Source: a virus | Lineage: Duplodnaviria; Caudoviricetes | Virus record (IMG/VR): IMGVR_UViG_3300037751_000266 | Span: 1-59,066 of that record | Strand: one strand, 5' to 3' | DNA length: 59,066 bases | In this document: positions 1 to 9,792 of the stretch, in pieces | How positions within the stretch are numbered: the stretch's first letter is position 1 | Layout: each line of letters begins with the position of its first letter | Program-made: the position numbers and the translations under genes | The notes under the pieces: model-generated | What the model saw: only the letters and a program-made list of their open reading frames with translations | Database searches by the model: none | Told to the model about the DNA's origin: nothing

Positions 1-1128
1 ACGGTGCAGAGATAGACCAGCAGTTAAAAATTAACCTTACATTTATGGTCTAACATGAAAAAACTTGCAATACTCTTATTGGTAGTGGCCTTGGCCGGAT
101 GCGCAAAAGACTACCGCTATCTTGAAGACACGGCAGCCGTGGATATTTCCGACGCTCCGACTCTCGGAACCCCTGCACCAGAAGACAAAATACTCACCGT
201 CAACTCAGGTAACACCGCAGGTAACAGGCTTTCATCAATGACCTTTGATGAAGCTCCTTGGCTCCTTGCCACCGAAACTGCTCCTGATTCAACATTGTTT
301 GGCGGTAATGAACCAAGTTACTTCCAGACAGCTCTCACTAATCCATTGGTTCAGGCTGATGTCGATAGTGAGCCAACAGACGGAAACACAAAGCCGATCT
401 CAAGCGATTGGGCGTATAACTTTTTAAACGGCATTGACCCGCCTGTACTGCATTCAGAAACAGGCACCGTTATTACCCGAAACGTAGAAACTACATTAAC
501 AGACAGCACAAACATTCCAGACAGCGCAGCCGTTATAGACTATGGAAACGCAAACTGGTTAAACAGTGGAACAGGGTTGGAGTCATTACCAACCGCCGAT
601 GATACTTTTTTGAAAGGCACTGGAGCAGATACTTACGAATGGTCAACCTACGCAGAATTAAAAGCCTCCCTCGGCGTTCCAGTTTCCGGCACCGACTTTT
701 ATTCCAAATCAAGCACCGACGCACTTATTACCCCAACCGAAATAGCCGGGAAAATTGCCGGCCAACCGATCACCCCGTCTTCGATCTCGGTCGCACCAAA
801 TTCGACAGGTCCACAAGTAATCGAGTTTGGCGAAGACACCGATGCAGGGCAGGACAAATACTCTATTGGCGCAAGTCCGGCCATGGAAACGCCATTCGGA
901 GAGCTAGGTCCGGTGCGCCCACCGCAGGCAGGGCAGATAAAACGGTACAACGCCCCGTCTCCTGTAACCGGGGCAGACGGGACGGTCCGGAATATGGCGC
1001 AGGCGTATTATGAGGATCCCGCAGCGGGCAACCTCGTTGATATGCTGGATTGGCCGGAAGGATTAACTCTCGGTGATATTAATGCAACACTTGGCGCTGA
1101 TGGTAATTTCCAGACCCAGCTTGATGAT
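1..1128 (+). repeat. Terminal direct repeat, copy A (diverged from copy B)
   Basis: Colinear with 57939-59066 at constant offset 57938; identical over 1-64 and 1004-1128, many substitutions between. Confidence 0.97.
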
Positions 1129-2253
1129 TTGCTCGCTCAAATAGAAGCAGTTCCGGGCTTAGTAAAAGACACGTTCCCTATTTATAAAGATTCAGAGCAT
1201 GTATCTGGAATATCATGGAACAGTACAACCGGAGCCTTGTTTGATGCAGACACAAATCAATGGTACACATGGGCGCTTACTGATTCATTATCTGGCGATC
1301 CCGGCGGGCCCACTGCTTTGTCTTTTGATATATCCGGATCAGGTCCTCAGTTCGGTACAATAGTTTATGACAGAGATGTCACAGCGACGACAACCGCAGA
1401 CCTGTGCGATGATTGGGCGGTTGAACTTACCAACGCAGGCGTACTTACTCTCGGTTATCTTGGAGGGGATGACACGGATACCACCGTTTGTACCGTAGCG
1501 GAAGATGTTTATGACGATGATACGTTGGTTGGGATTTCGTATGCCCCAGGCACGATTGAATCAAGCGTCGGTGGAGTGGCACTTGCCGCGATTGCTGATT
1601 TCTCCGCAAATACAACGCTCAACAGTAGTGAGTCTCCTCCTATCTCGGGATGCGGGACAAGTAGCGTTGTAGTGGATGCAGATTTTGAAACTAACCTTGA
1701 TGGTTTTGCGCAGGACTCAGGAAATTGGGGTATTACAAGCGGTGACGCCTATATAACGGCCACAAGCGGTACAGCAAGATTTTTACGCTCAACCACAGCC
1801 TTGTCGTCTGATTGTCAGTGGGTAAAATTCCAGATTACGGATGACTTTAACGCCGCAACTGCTTCTGTCGGTGCACTACTCAGAGCGTCAGGATCAACTG
1901 GCAATAAATACGTTGGTCGGATAACTTACGGTGCTACCAATCACACGTTATCGTTTATGACCTATAACGGAACCACTTCGCTTGGATTAAATGCAGACAA
2001 TATAACAACAATTCCAAAATTCGGAGTAGGAACCGTTTTGATGTTTCAGATATCCGGTACAGGCGTTGGTGGTACTACTTTAAGTGTCTGGATAGATCCG
2101 ACAGGGGCAAAACCGTCTGACTCTGGTGCTGCTGACTATACGGTGGTCAGTGATCAAGGGACCGCAGTTGATTCAGGCATATATGCTGGATTATTTGTGC
2201 TTGATTCTGCGTATCCTCCGACAAGGTTTGAGTACTATCAGGGTGGAAATTAA
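55..2253 (+). CDS. Large acidic lipoprotein with fibre-like/beta-rich regions
   Basis: MKK + hydrophobic stretch + LAGC lipobox; 732 aa T/S/D/G-rich; C-terminal beta-sandwich (lectin/LamG-like) appearance. Confidence 0.75.
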   Translation: MKKLAILLLVVALAGCAKDYRYLEDTAAVDISDAPTLGTPAPEDKILTVNSGNTAGNRLSSMTFDEAPWLLATETAPDSTLFGGNEPSYFQTALTNPLVQADVDSEPTDGNTKPISSDWAYNFLNGIDPPVLHSETGTVITRNVETTLTDSTNIPDSAAVIDYGNANWLNSGTGLESLPTADDTFLKGTGADTYEWSTYAELKASLGVPVSGTDFYSKSSTDALITPTEIAGKIAGQPITPSSISVAPNSTGPQVIEFGEDTDAGQDKYSIGASPAMETPFGELGPVRPPQAGQIKRYNAPSPVTGADGTVRNMAQAYYEDPAAGNLVDMLDWPEGLTLGDINATLGADGNFQTQLDDLLAQIEAVPGLVKDTFPIYKDSEHVSGISWNSTTGALFDADTNQWYTWALTDSLSGDPGGPTALSFDISGSGPQFGTIVYDRDVTATTTADLCDDWAVELTNAGVLTLGYLGGDDTDTTVCTVAEDVYDDDTLVGISYAPGTIESSVGGVALAAIADFSANTTLNSSESPPISGCGTSSVVVDADFETNLDGFAQDSGNWGITSGDAYITATSGTARFLRSTTALSSDCQWVKFQITDDFNAATASVGALLRASGSTGNKYVGRITYGATNHTLSFMTYNGTTSLGLNADNITTIPKFGVGTVLMFQISGTGVGGTTLSVWIDPTGAKPSDSGAADYTVVSDQGTAVDSGIYAGLFVLDSAYPPTRFEYYQGGN

Positions 2254-2254
2254 T

Positions 2255-5200
2255 ATGATAAATATAATATCAATAATTTTTATCATATTAATACACTGCA
2301 CTGCCTTTGCTGCAACCCCTACTATATCTGACTGGAACCAAACTACCGGAGTTATCTCTGGTAGTAACTTTGGAACCAGGTCGGATAACGGTGGCGACCA
2401 GAGTTACCTTCCAAAATGGTGGGACAACTTTGAAGACGGAAATCTAACCGGATGGTCTTTTAACCTCACTGGTAGCAGTTATTCAGTAGTCAACGATTCA
2501 AGCAGGGTGGGGTCGTCAAAGTCTATGCTGAAGAACAATACTGTGCCGACCGACGGAGGCCATATTAAAGTTGTAGCAAAACCATATTATTACAGCTCAT
2601 TCTGGATGAAAACCACCACAGGTAGTCTACTTAACAACAATAAATATTTTCGGATGGGTACAACTCAAGCGAGTCAGAATGTTGTCATGAACAGTAACTC
2701 GAACAACACGTCTAAAGTACAAATGACTATAGAGTACGCTGTTGACGGAAACGCTGTTAATTATGGAACTCAATCGCCCGCCAGTTTAACAACCTGGAAA
2801 TTTGTTGAAGTTATTATTGATAACGTAGGCAATAAGGTTCAGTTTTATTTTGACGGTGTTCTTAAAAATGAAATACTTAACCGTTTGACAGGGGATGAGT
2901 TTTCAAAATCCCCATATCTAGGCTATGGGTACTGGTATTCTACAACATATGGAATAGGCAACGGCTGGTATTTCGACAATACCTATATCGACTACACCCC
3001 TGCAAGAGTTATGCTGTGCACTGGTTCCCCTTTTACCTCACGGGGACAGTGTGAAATGCAAATCCCTACATCGTGGGGTAGTGGCTCAATTACGGCGCAA
3101 CCCAACAAAGGCATTTTCCCTTCTGGTTCGTCAGCGTATCTATATGTGGTAAACGATAACGGGGAATATAGTGATGGCAAATTGGTTACCGTAGGGTCTG
3201 GCGGTTCTGAAGCACAGTCAGTACAAAGCACCAATCCGGTGGACGGAGCAACTGGAATTACTCCAAACTCAACAAACAGTATCAGTTTTGCAAAAAACGT
3301 GGATTGCTCAACTGCTGCTGATATTACCATCAGCCACGGCACTAGATCTATAACTTGTTCTGGTGCCGTGGCAACCCTAACAACTTCTGGTCAACCAACT
3401 GGTACTGATATTACGGTTACAGTTCCAGCGACGGTCAAAGACACCTCAGGCAACCCTATGGATGCGCCGGTATCGTTTACCTATACGACCTCAGTACCAT
3501 CTGCGACATGCGATACGGATAATTCTTTATGCCCATCAGAGGATACTTGTGTCGCTGCTTGGCCCGAATATAGCTGGTGTCCATATGAGTTACCAGCTTG
3601 CAAGCCATCTGCGTGTACTGATTCCTGTGATGTTGATCATCTGTCTATGTGTACTGAGTCTGAGTGTTTGTCTATAGATTTGACCTATTATGAGGGTGCG
3701 TGTCGTGATGCTGCACAGGACCCATTAGTCACAGGACCGAACCTTATCACCAACCCTAATTTAACCTTGTGGGCGACAGAAACCCCGAACATGCCTACGG
3801 GATGGACGAGCTACAAAGGGCAAAATGTCAGGCGTGATCCACTCGGCGTACGTCTATGGGATGGTGGTCATATCTTGCAAGCTAACAAACTTGAAGCCAA
3901 TACAAAATATTTTTATGCCTACAATTATCTCAAAGGAACCTCCACAGCCGAGGTGTCGTGGTACGACAGTAAAGCCTTAAGCTATACGACTGGCACGAAG
4001 ACAGGAGTTTTCACTACTGGACCGGCTCCTTTACCAGACCATGGGATATATTTTTACGCAAAAGCGGCACCAGACCTATACCTTAATGATTTTGTTTTGA
4101 AAAATGTCAATGACGTAGACTGTACTAACGACTTTAGCTTGTGCCAAACCCCGACGACATGCGAGGTGGCAGGGTACTATTATTGGGATAACGGGTGCCA
4201 GGGCGTTGCTCCCTCGATATTGAACGAGACTTTTGCCGATGGTGACGCAACGGGATGGTCAACGGTAAATCAATCCACGCCAGGAACTCCGTCATGGAGC
4301 GTGGTAAACCAGCAATACAAACAAGCAAATGACTTGAAGGGATTTGACCAAAGTTATCATTTGGGATCATACGCTTACTGGACAGCGGGAACAGCATGGG
4401 ATGACTACAGAGTATGGGCCACAATTACCCCGATTGATAGCCCCGCACGAGACACAGCAGGCTTGATGTTTCGATATACTGACCAAAACAACTACTACCG
4501 ATTATCGTTATCGAGGGTGCAAGGCTTTTATCGGTTAGAGAAAAAAGTTGATGGAGTCTTTTCGACTATTGCCGTAACCGGCAGAGGGCCACTGCTTGAA
4601 TCGCAGGAAGTTGGAGTCGAGGTTAACGGGTCTAACATTATTATTGAGGTTAACGGACAGCCTCTTTTCTCCACGATTGACACCAGTTTAACAACCGGAA
4701 CAATTGCCCTATATAACATGGGACCGGCAACCTTTGACAATATCGCAGTTGAAGTGGTTGACACATTGCCCAAAGTTGTGCTTTCCAGCCCTATCGATTA
4801 TCAAGTTTTAACAGGAAACACGATAACCGCCTCTGCCGTGGTAAACAATCTACCTGAAAATGGATATATCGTATTTTCTTTAGATGGAGTAGCAGGAGAT
4901 CCAATAACCGCTGCGCCGTTTACTGAGGAATTTGCCAGCCTATCGGACGGAGACCATACGATATTAGTGTCTTTGTATGTCGATGAAGAAAATATAGAAT
5001 CATCCGATAATCGCACTTTCGCCACTGGTGGAATATCGATCGTAGCAATAGGCGACAGCATCACGAACGGCACGTTTGATGATATCAGCGCCGACAACAT
5101 ATCGTCAAACAACCGGAATATAAGTCGTGGTTTTACCCCTATTTTAACCGGCTGGTTGGAAACCAACCTTAATAAGCCGGCCATGATTTATAACAGCGGG

Positions 5201-5734
5201 ATTGGTGGGATCAAATCATACGATGGATCGAATAATATTCAATCCGAGATAGATAGATACCCGGGCTCAGAGTATTTTTTAATTCTCTACGGCACAAACG
5301 ATGCAACTAACACTTTGTTCTCTCCACCTGGGAACACCTGCACCGAGGCTAATTTTTTAGCGGGTCTTGTCGAGTGTGACGGAACGTACAAGGCGTATAT
5401 GCGGGACATAGTCATGACCTTGAAAGATGCCGGTAAGTTCCCATTGCTGGCACTTGTGCCTTACAACAAAACGGCAACTTCGACCGAACTAACCCGGATT
5501 CAGAATTACAACGCTGCAATTGCCCAGCTGATCAACGAACACAACCTGTTAACCGATGCACCGGATTTATATAGCCACTTCGAAACCAATCAAGACCAGT
5601 TGATAGACAACGTGCATCCTAACGGAATCGGTTATCAATCGGTGGCGAATAAATGGTACGAAGAATTAACGAACTACTGGACCGGAGTTTTTGAGCCGAA
5701 TCGGGCAAGTGTTATTCACGCAACAATACATTGA
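2255..5734 (+). CDS. Secreted multidomain protein: LamG-like, Ig-like (Big_5), Cys-rich repeats, glycan-binding-like domain, C-terminal SGNH/GDSL hydrolase
   Basis: Likely start ATG 2255 just after the upstream stop; signal peptide MINIISIIFIILIHCTAFA; SGNH blocks IGDSIT, GIGG, YGTND, DNVHPN; Big_5-like STNPVDGATGI...ISF...VKDTSGNPM. Confidence 0.8.
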   Translation: MINIISIIFIILIHCTAFAATPTISDWNQTTGVISGSNFGTRSDNGGDQSYLPKWWDNFEDGNLTGWSFNLTGSSYSVVNDSSRVGSSKSMLKNNTVPTDGGHIKVVAKPYYYSSFWMKTTTGSLLNNNKYFRMGTTQASQNVVMNSNSNNTSKVQMTIEYAVDGNAVNYGTQSPASLTTWKFVEVIIDNVGNKVQFYFDGVLKNEILNRLTGDEFSKSPYLGYGYWYSTTYGIGNGWYFDNTYIDYTPARVMLCTGSPFTSRGQCEMQIPTSWGSGSITAQPNKGIFPSGSSAYLYVVNDNGEYSDGKLVTVGSGGSEAQSVQSTNPVDGATGITPNSTNSISFAKNVDCSTAADITISHGTRSITCSGAVATLTTSGQPTGTDITVTVPATVKDTSGNPMDAPVSFTYTTSVPSATCDTDNSLCPSEDTCVAAWPEYSWCPYELPACKPSACTDSCDVDHLSMCTESECLSIDLTYYEGACRDAAQDPLVTGPNLITNPNLTLWATETPNMPTGWTSYKGQNVRRDPLGVRLWDGGHILQANKLEANTKYFYAYNYLKGTSTAEVSWYDSKALSYTTGTKTGVFTTGPAPLPDHGIYFYAKAAPDLYLNDFVLKNVNDVDCTNDFSLCQTPTTCEVAGYYYWDNGCQGVAPSILNETFADGDATGWSTVNQSTPGTPSWSVVNQQYKQANDLKGFDQSYHLGSYAYWTAGTAWDDYRVWATITPIDSPARDTAGLMFRYTDQNNYYRLSLSRVQGFYRLEKKVDGVFSTIAVTGRGPLLESQEVGVEVNGSNIIIEVNGQPLFSTIDTSLTTGTIALYNMGPATFDNIAVEVVDTLPKVVLSSPIDYQVLTGNTITASAVVNNLPENGYIVFSLDGVAGDPITAAPFTEEFASLSDGDHTILVSLYVDEENIESSDNRTFATGGISIVAIGDSITNGTFDDISADNISSNNRNISRGFTPILTGWLETNLNKPAMIYNSGIGGIKSYDGSNNIQSEIDRYPGSEYFLILYGTNDATNTLFSPPGNTCTEANFLAGLVECDGTYKAYMRDIVMTLKDAGKFPLLALVPYNKTATSTELTRIQNYNAAIAQLINEHNLLTDAPDLYSHFETNQDQLIDNVHPNGIGYQSVANKWYEELTNYWTGVFEPNRASVIHATIH

Positions 5735-5738
5735 GTAT

Positions 5739-6125
5739 ATGAAAAAAATAACAGCGATCATCATAATTGTTTTTCTGTTCGGTTGTTCTCCCTCCCAGAA
5801 GGCACCTGTTGATGAGGCTCAGATAACAGCCCTTGAACAAGATTACGCAGTTGCCCTATGGAAAGCGAGTAAAGCAAAAACAGATGAATGCACAAGCCCT
5901 TTTAAGTGGATTGCCTACACGTTTATCCCAGATAAAAACTGGTCTGATTGTTGTTGGCAGCATGACTTCGATTATCACTATGGGTATTTGTACAACATAT
6001 CAAGAGAGCAGGCCGATTACGAACTATGGGAGTGCGTTGACTCAGGCGGTAATCCTGTTGTCGCAAGGGTGATCTATACGGGCGTTAAAATAGGCGGCGG
6101 TTTTTATTACGAAAACGGAGAGTAA
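5739..6125 (+). CDS. Lipoprotein with phospholipase A2-like motif
   Basis: MKKITAIIIIVFLFGC lipobox; DCCWQHDFDY (CCxxHDxxY) plus ADYELWECV, the His-Asp pattern of PLA2-like proteins. Confidence 0.65.
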   Translation: MKKITAIIIIVFLFGCSPSQKAPVDEAQITALEQDYAVALWKASKAKTDECTSPFKWIAYTFIPDKNWSDCCWQHDFDYHYGYLYNISREQADYELWECVDSGGNPVVARVIYTGVKIGGGFYYENGE

Positions 6126-6126
6126 A

Positions 6127-6309
6127 ATGGCAAACATCAATCAGCAAGTCAGGTCAAAAACGAATCAGGCATTGGTAATTACCGGGGCTATCCTTTCTGT
6201 TTTACCCGCATTCGGAATAGACATCGGGGAAGAGGCAACGGCAGGTATTATGACAATCATTGGTATCATAATGAGGCAGGTCACCAAAGAACCTCTTTCC
6301 GACAAATAA
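6127..6309 (+). CDS. Putative holin
   Basis: 60 aa, two hydrophobic segments, charged C-terminus, upstream of the endolysin candidate. Confidence 0.6.
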   Translation: MANINQQVRSKTNQALVITGAILSVLPAFGIDIGEEATAGIMTIIGIIMRQVTKEPLSDK

Positions 6310-6320
6310 GGATAAAATTA

Positions 6321-6671
6321 ATGCAAGAGTTTATCGCAAGAATATTCATCGATCATTGGGAGAAAGTCGGAGTTGTAACCCTTATTACCATTGTCTCATG
6401 GGTAACAAGGATGGATTTTCGAATCACAGCCCTGGAAAAAAAACCGCCATGTCCAACGCTCGATGATTGTTCCGGGAAAATGCTTGCAGCCGAAAAAATC
6501 AACCAAGGTAGGTTCTCTTCAGGGGTTAGGGAATTTGACAGCTTGGCAATAGCAATTCGAGAAACGAACAAAATATTAGAGGTGCGTTTTTCTGACATCG
6601 ATCAGAAATACGACAGGATCATCAATCATCTCTTGGAGATAAAAAAAAATGAATCCAGTAGAAAGAACTGA
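6321..6671 (+). CDS. Single-TM coiled-coil protein (holin/antiholin-like)
   Basis: N-terminal TM segment VGVVTLITIVSWV followed by heptad-like helix; lysis-region position. Confidence 0.45.
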   Translation: MQEFIARIFIDHWEKVGVVTLITIVSWVTRMDFRITALEKKPPCPTLDDCSGKMLAAEKINQGRFSSGVREFDSLAIAIRETNKILEVRFSDIDQKYDRIINHLLEIKKNESSRKN

Positions 6672-6906
6672 ACACGTTTTGAATATGCCAGCCATGCACC
6701 AACTTGTTATCGATCTAGCCAAGTGTCGAAAAAGTTGTGAGCTCTGCGAGGAAATAATACCAGGATTCAAAACACGTTTTGAAGGGGTATTGTCAATCAG
6801 TAACAGCAATGTAAAGGACATCAATATCAGAGCAAAGATAAACCGAGCAATCAACAACTGCCCAATTGATGCGGTGTCACTAAGGAAGCAAGATGTTCCG
6901 GCCTGA
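6649..6906 (+). CDS. Hypothetical protein
   Basis: RBS GGAG, overlaps both neighbours. Confidence 0.55.
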   Translation: MNPVERTEHVLNMPAMHQLVIDLAKCRKSCELCEEIIPGFKTRFEGVLSISNSNVKDINIRAKINRAINNCPIDAVSLRKQDVPA

Positions 6907-7357
6907 TCGCCTGCGGGAACTTATCCGGTTTTCCTTGAGACCGATTAACAAGTGGTCTGAAGAAGCTGAAGAATTAATAATAATGATTGCCGCCCATGAG
7001 TCTTATCTCGGTCTGCACCTTAAGCAAATCGGCGGCGGACCTGCCCGTGGTCTATATGGCATAGAGTTGGCTACCGAAAAAGATATATGGCGATCGTATT
7101 TGGCATATAAGCCAGGGCTGGTAGCACAGATTAAATCAATGGGCGGCCCTAACGGCCCCGATGAGCTGCACCTGACATATAATTATATCTATGCAACAAT
7201 CATGTGCCGTGTTAAACTGTTGCAATGTCCTGGCCCTCTTCCGGCAGCGGACAACCTCCCGGCAATGGGCAAATATGCAGACGATTTTTACAACGCCGGG
7301 GGTAAGGCAAGTCCCGACAAATACATAAACGATTATAAACGACTGGTTTTAAACTAA
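6893..7357 (+). CDS. Putative endolysin (lysozyme/transglycosylase-like)
   Basis: IAAHES...LKQIGGGPARGLYGIELAT pattern with catalytic-type Glu; follows the holin candidates. Confidence 0.65.
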   Translation: MFRPDRLRELIRFSLRPINKWSEEAEELIIMIAAHESYLGLHLKQIGGGPARGLYGIELATEKDIWRSYLAYKPGLVAQIKSMGGPNGPDELHLTYNYIYATIMCRVKLLQCPGPLPAADNLPAMGKYADDFYNAGGKASPDKYINDYKRLVLN

Positions 7358-7368
7358 AGGAAAACATT

Positions 7369-7647
7369 ATGCCAATGTCAAGAGAACCAAACACTACAAT
7401 AGTAATGCAGGGAGCCTTTACCCCTAACCGAGTGCAGGCTTACGAATTGGGCGTTGCGTTGCCGCTACAGACAAACGACCGAGTTTTCAGGGTTCGTACC
7501 GAAGTGGGTGTGATTTACACAATGGCTAACGGTGGGGCGCAAGATGAAATAACCCTTATGCCAGGGGAGACCACAGGAGTCGGTGACCGCAATTCAGGCA
7601 TGACTCATTTAACTTTTGATGCAGCAGGATTTATCGAGGTAATGTAA
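7369..7647 (+). CDS. Hypothetical virion-associated protein
   Basis: RBS AGGA, coupled (TAATG) to the downstream fibre-like gene. Confidence 0.55.
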   Translation: MPMSREPNTTIVMQGAFTPNRVQAYELGVALPLQTNDRVFRVRTEVGVIYTMANGGAQDEITLMPGETTGVGDRNSGMTHLTFDAAGFIEVM

Positions 7648-9791
7648 TGGATATGTCCTTTTGTGGCATGACTCCTTTTGTTGTTCTGTTCGGGCTATCT
7701 GCCAACCCTGGCGAAAAAACCGCCGAGCTTTCCACGCCCACACTGTCAAGGCCGTTCTGCCCATCACCAAAGCCAGAATCAACTGACGCGATCACTATAA
7801 CCGGCGGGACATACCAACTCAAGGTTGATGGTGTGTGGGGTGCGCTTACGGCTGACGCTGGCACTTGGGGCACGGCTACAGCCGCTAAAGTTTCCATAGA
7901 GAGTAGTGGGGCTTATGAAACTCCTGTAAGTGCTGTGATGACTATTGGTGGAATAGATTATACGTTTACAGTTACTACCAGAGCAGCCGATATAATTTGT
8001 GATCCATTCACTTTCGATCCTGTCTATGATGTCTTGCTTAATACTCTGACCGAATCAAATGAAATCACTGTTGCAGGTATTGAGATTGACGTGCCGATAA
8101 CCGTGGTTGACCTCGAATACCAGATCAACGGTGGCGCGTGGACTTCAGCTGAAGGCACGGTTTCGCTTAATGATGTTGTCAAGGTTCGAAGGTTGTCGTC
8201 AGTTGATGAAAACTTGGCCGAGACAAGCGGTACTCTTTATATTGGGACTGTTTCTGGTGTATTTACCATTACAACAGAGGCTTATGTTGATAGAGTTGAT
8301 CCATCGATACCAGCCGGATTAACTGCCGTAGCAACGGGCGCAAGCACAGTTGACGTTTCCTGGGAAGCGGCCACGGACAATGATGCTATATCTCACTATA
8401 TCCTACGTAGGGATGACGTGGTAATTGGTGGCAATATCGAAGGGCTATCATATGCCGACAGTGGCTTAACCGACGGTACTGGATACAGTTACACTATTGA
8501 GGCAGTGGACACCTCTGATAATACATCTGGTCAATCGAGTGCTGCCCTTGTAACGACAGATCCGCTCCCGGTATTACTCTGGAATGCCGAGGATGGGCTT
8601 GTTTCCGAAACCGGTGGAACGTGGCAATATGAGTATGCAGGACCGCAATATGATGATAGCGGATTGAGTGTTGGTGCTGTACCTGTAAAACATTACAACG
8701 TCGATGGTAGTTTAAAAGGATATTGGGGCGGACCTGCTTACGCTAATATTCTACCATCATTAAGTTTTACATTATCTGGAGGCACGGCAACAACGGGCAT
8801 TGTTGATCCTGACGGAGGGACAGGAGCTTATGCACTTACCGAAAGCGCAACAACTAGTGCCAAGTGGATAGCCCCTAGTTCGGTCTCAGGAACTAGTTTT
8901 GTTGCTGGTGCTACCTATATTATGCCGCAAGTTATAAAGATGTCAGGGAGGAGGTTCGTCCAATTAACTGGCAGCGGTGGTGCCTTTGGTTCAAGTCAAT
9001 ATGCAAACTTCGATCTTCAGGAGGGGGCCATAACCGCTGTTGTTGGGTGTACAGCAGGGATAACCCCACTTGGGGATGGGTGGTTTTTGTGTTGGCTAAG
9101 AGTAGTTGCAACTAATACTGTGTCTGTAATAGGCAACATAGTTTGTTCAATTACGGCCGGTGACTCAACTAGAGTGCCGAGTATAGCCGGAATAAACGGT
9201 GAAGCTTTTAAAGTATGGCAACCAATGACCATAGCCGGGACTAACAGGATGCCTTATGTGCCACCAACCACTTCAGTAGTATCCGCAGCAGGAACCTCAA
9301 GTGACAACGGTATGTATCTGCCAATGACAACAGATGTCAGTGCAGCTTTGAATACAGCCGCTCAATTTGCTCTCGCAACCTTGGTTACTGTAGGAGTCTC
9401 AAGTGCAAACCTATCATCTGATGCCAACATACTCAGCACAGACAATGCCGTAGTCAAGCCTCTGTGTTTTGGAGCATCGGCAACAATAAAGGCCGGTGAT
9501 GGGACAAACACCGCAACAGTCACCGTGGTTGATGGTTGGGCAGAAGGCGAGACTATCGGGGTAACTCTAAGATCAACGACCAATGGAACAAAGCTCCAAG
9601 TTGGGTACATTAAATCCTCCGAAACAGAGATAACCTGGGGAACTGAAGTAGATTTCACTGGCTCTTTAGGTACCGAGCCAATAAGACTTGCCTATAATTC
9701 AGTTATCCCAATATGGAATAGGCACTTGCAGATATGGGATACAGAAACGGTTGATGACAGTGAATTAATATTGCGCTTAAACGAGGCATAA
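7647..9791 (+). CDS. Fibre/receptor-binding-like protein with fibronectin type III domain
   Basis: FN3 signature PSIPAGLTA...VDVSWEAATDN...Y...YADSGLT..TGYSYTIEAVDTSDNTS; beta-rich carbohydrate-binding-like C-terminal half. Confidence 0.7.
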   Translation: MDMSFCGMTPFVVLFGLSANPGEKTAELSTPTLSRPFCPSPKPESTDAITITGGTYQLKVDGVWGALTADAGTWGTATAAKVSIESSGAYETPVSAVMTIGGIDYTFTVTTRAADIICDPFTFDPVYDVLLNTLTESNEITVAGIEIDVPITVVDLEYQINGGAWTSAEGTVSLNDVVKVRRLSSVDENLAETSGTLYIGTVSGVFTITTEAYVDRVDPSIPAGLTAVATGASTVDVSWEAATDNDAISHYILRRDDVVIGGNIEGLSYADSGLTDGTGYSYTIEAVDTSDNTSGQSSAALVTTDPLPVLLWNAEDGLVSETGGTWQYEYAGPQYDDSGLSVGAVPVKHYNVDGSLKGYWGGPAYANILPSLSFTLSGGTATTGIVDPDGGTGAYALTESATTSAKWIAPSSVSGTSFVAGATYIMPQVIKMSGRRFVQLTGSGGAFGSSQYANFDLQEGAITAVVGCTAGITPLGDGWFLCWLRVVATNTVSVIGNIVCSITAGDSTRVPSIAGINGEAFKVWQPMTIAGTNRMPYVPPTTSVVSAAGTSSDNGMYLPMTTDVSAALNTAAQFALATLVTVGVSSANLSSDANILSTDNAVVKPLCFGASATIKAGDGTNTATVTVVDGWAEGETIGVTLRSTTNGTKLQVGYIKSSETEITWGTEVDFTGSLGTEPIRLAYNSVIPIWNRHLQIWDTETVDDSELILRLNEA

Positions 9792-9792
9792 A

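Noticed and set aside
1-1128. Diversity-generating retroelement TR/VR pair
   Set aside because: Differences are not adenine-specific, are mostly synonymous, span about 1 kb, and no reverse transcriptase is present
2126-2254. Upstream extension of the 1202-aa ORF (likewise 5691, 19566, 25797, 34046 and 47337 starts)
   Set aside because: These overlap upstream genes or leaders; downstream starts have better RBS or signal-peptide context
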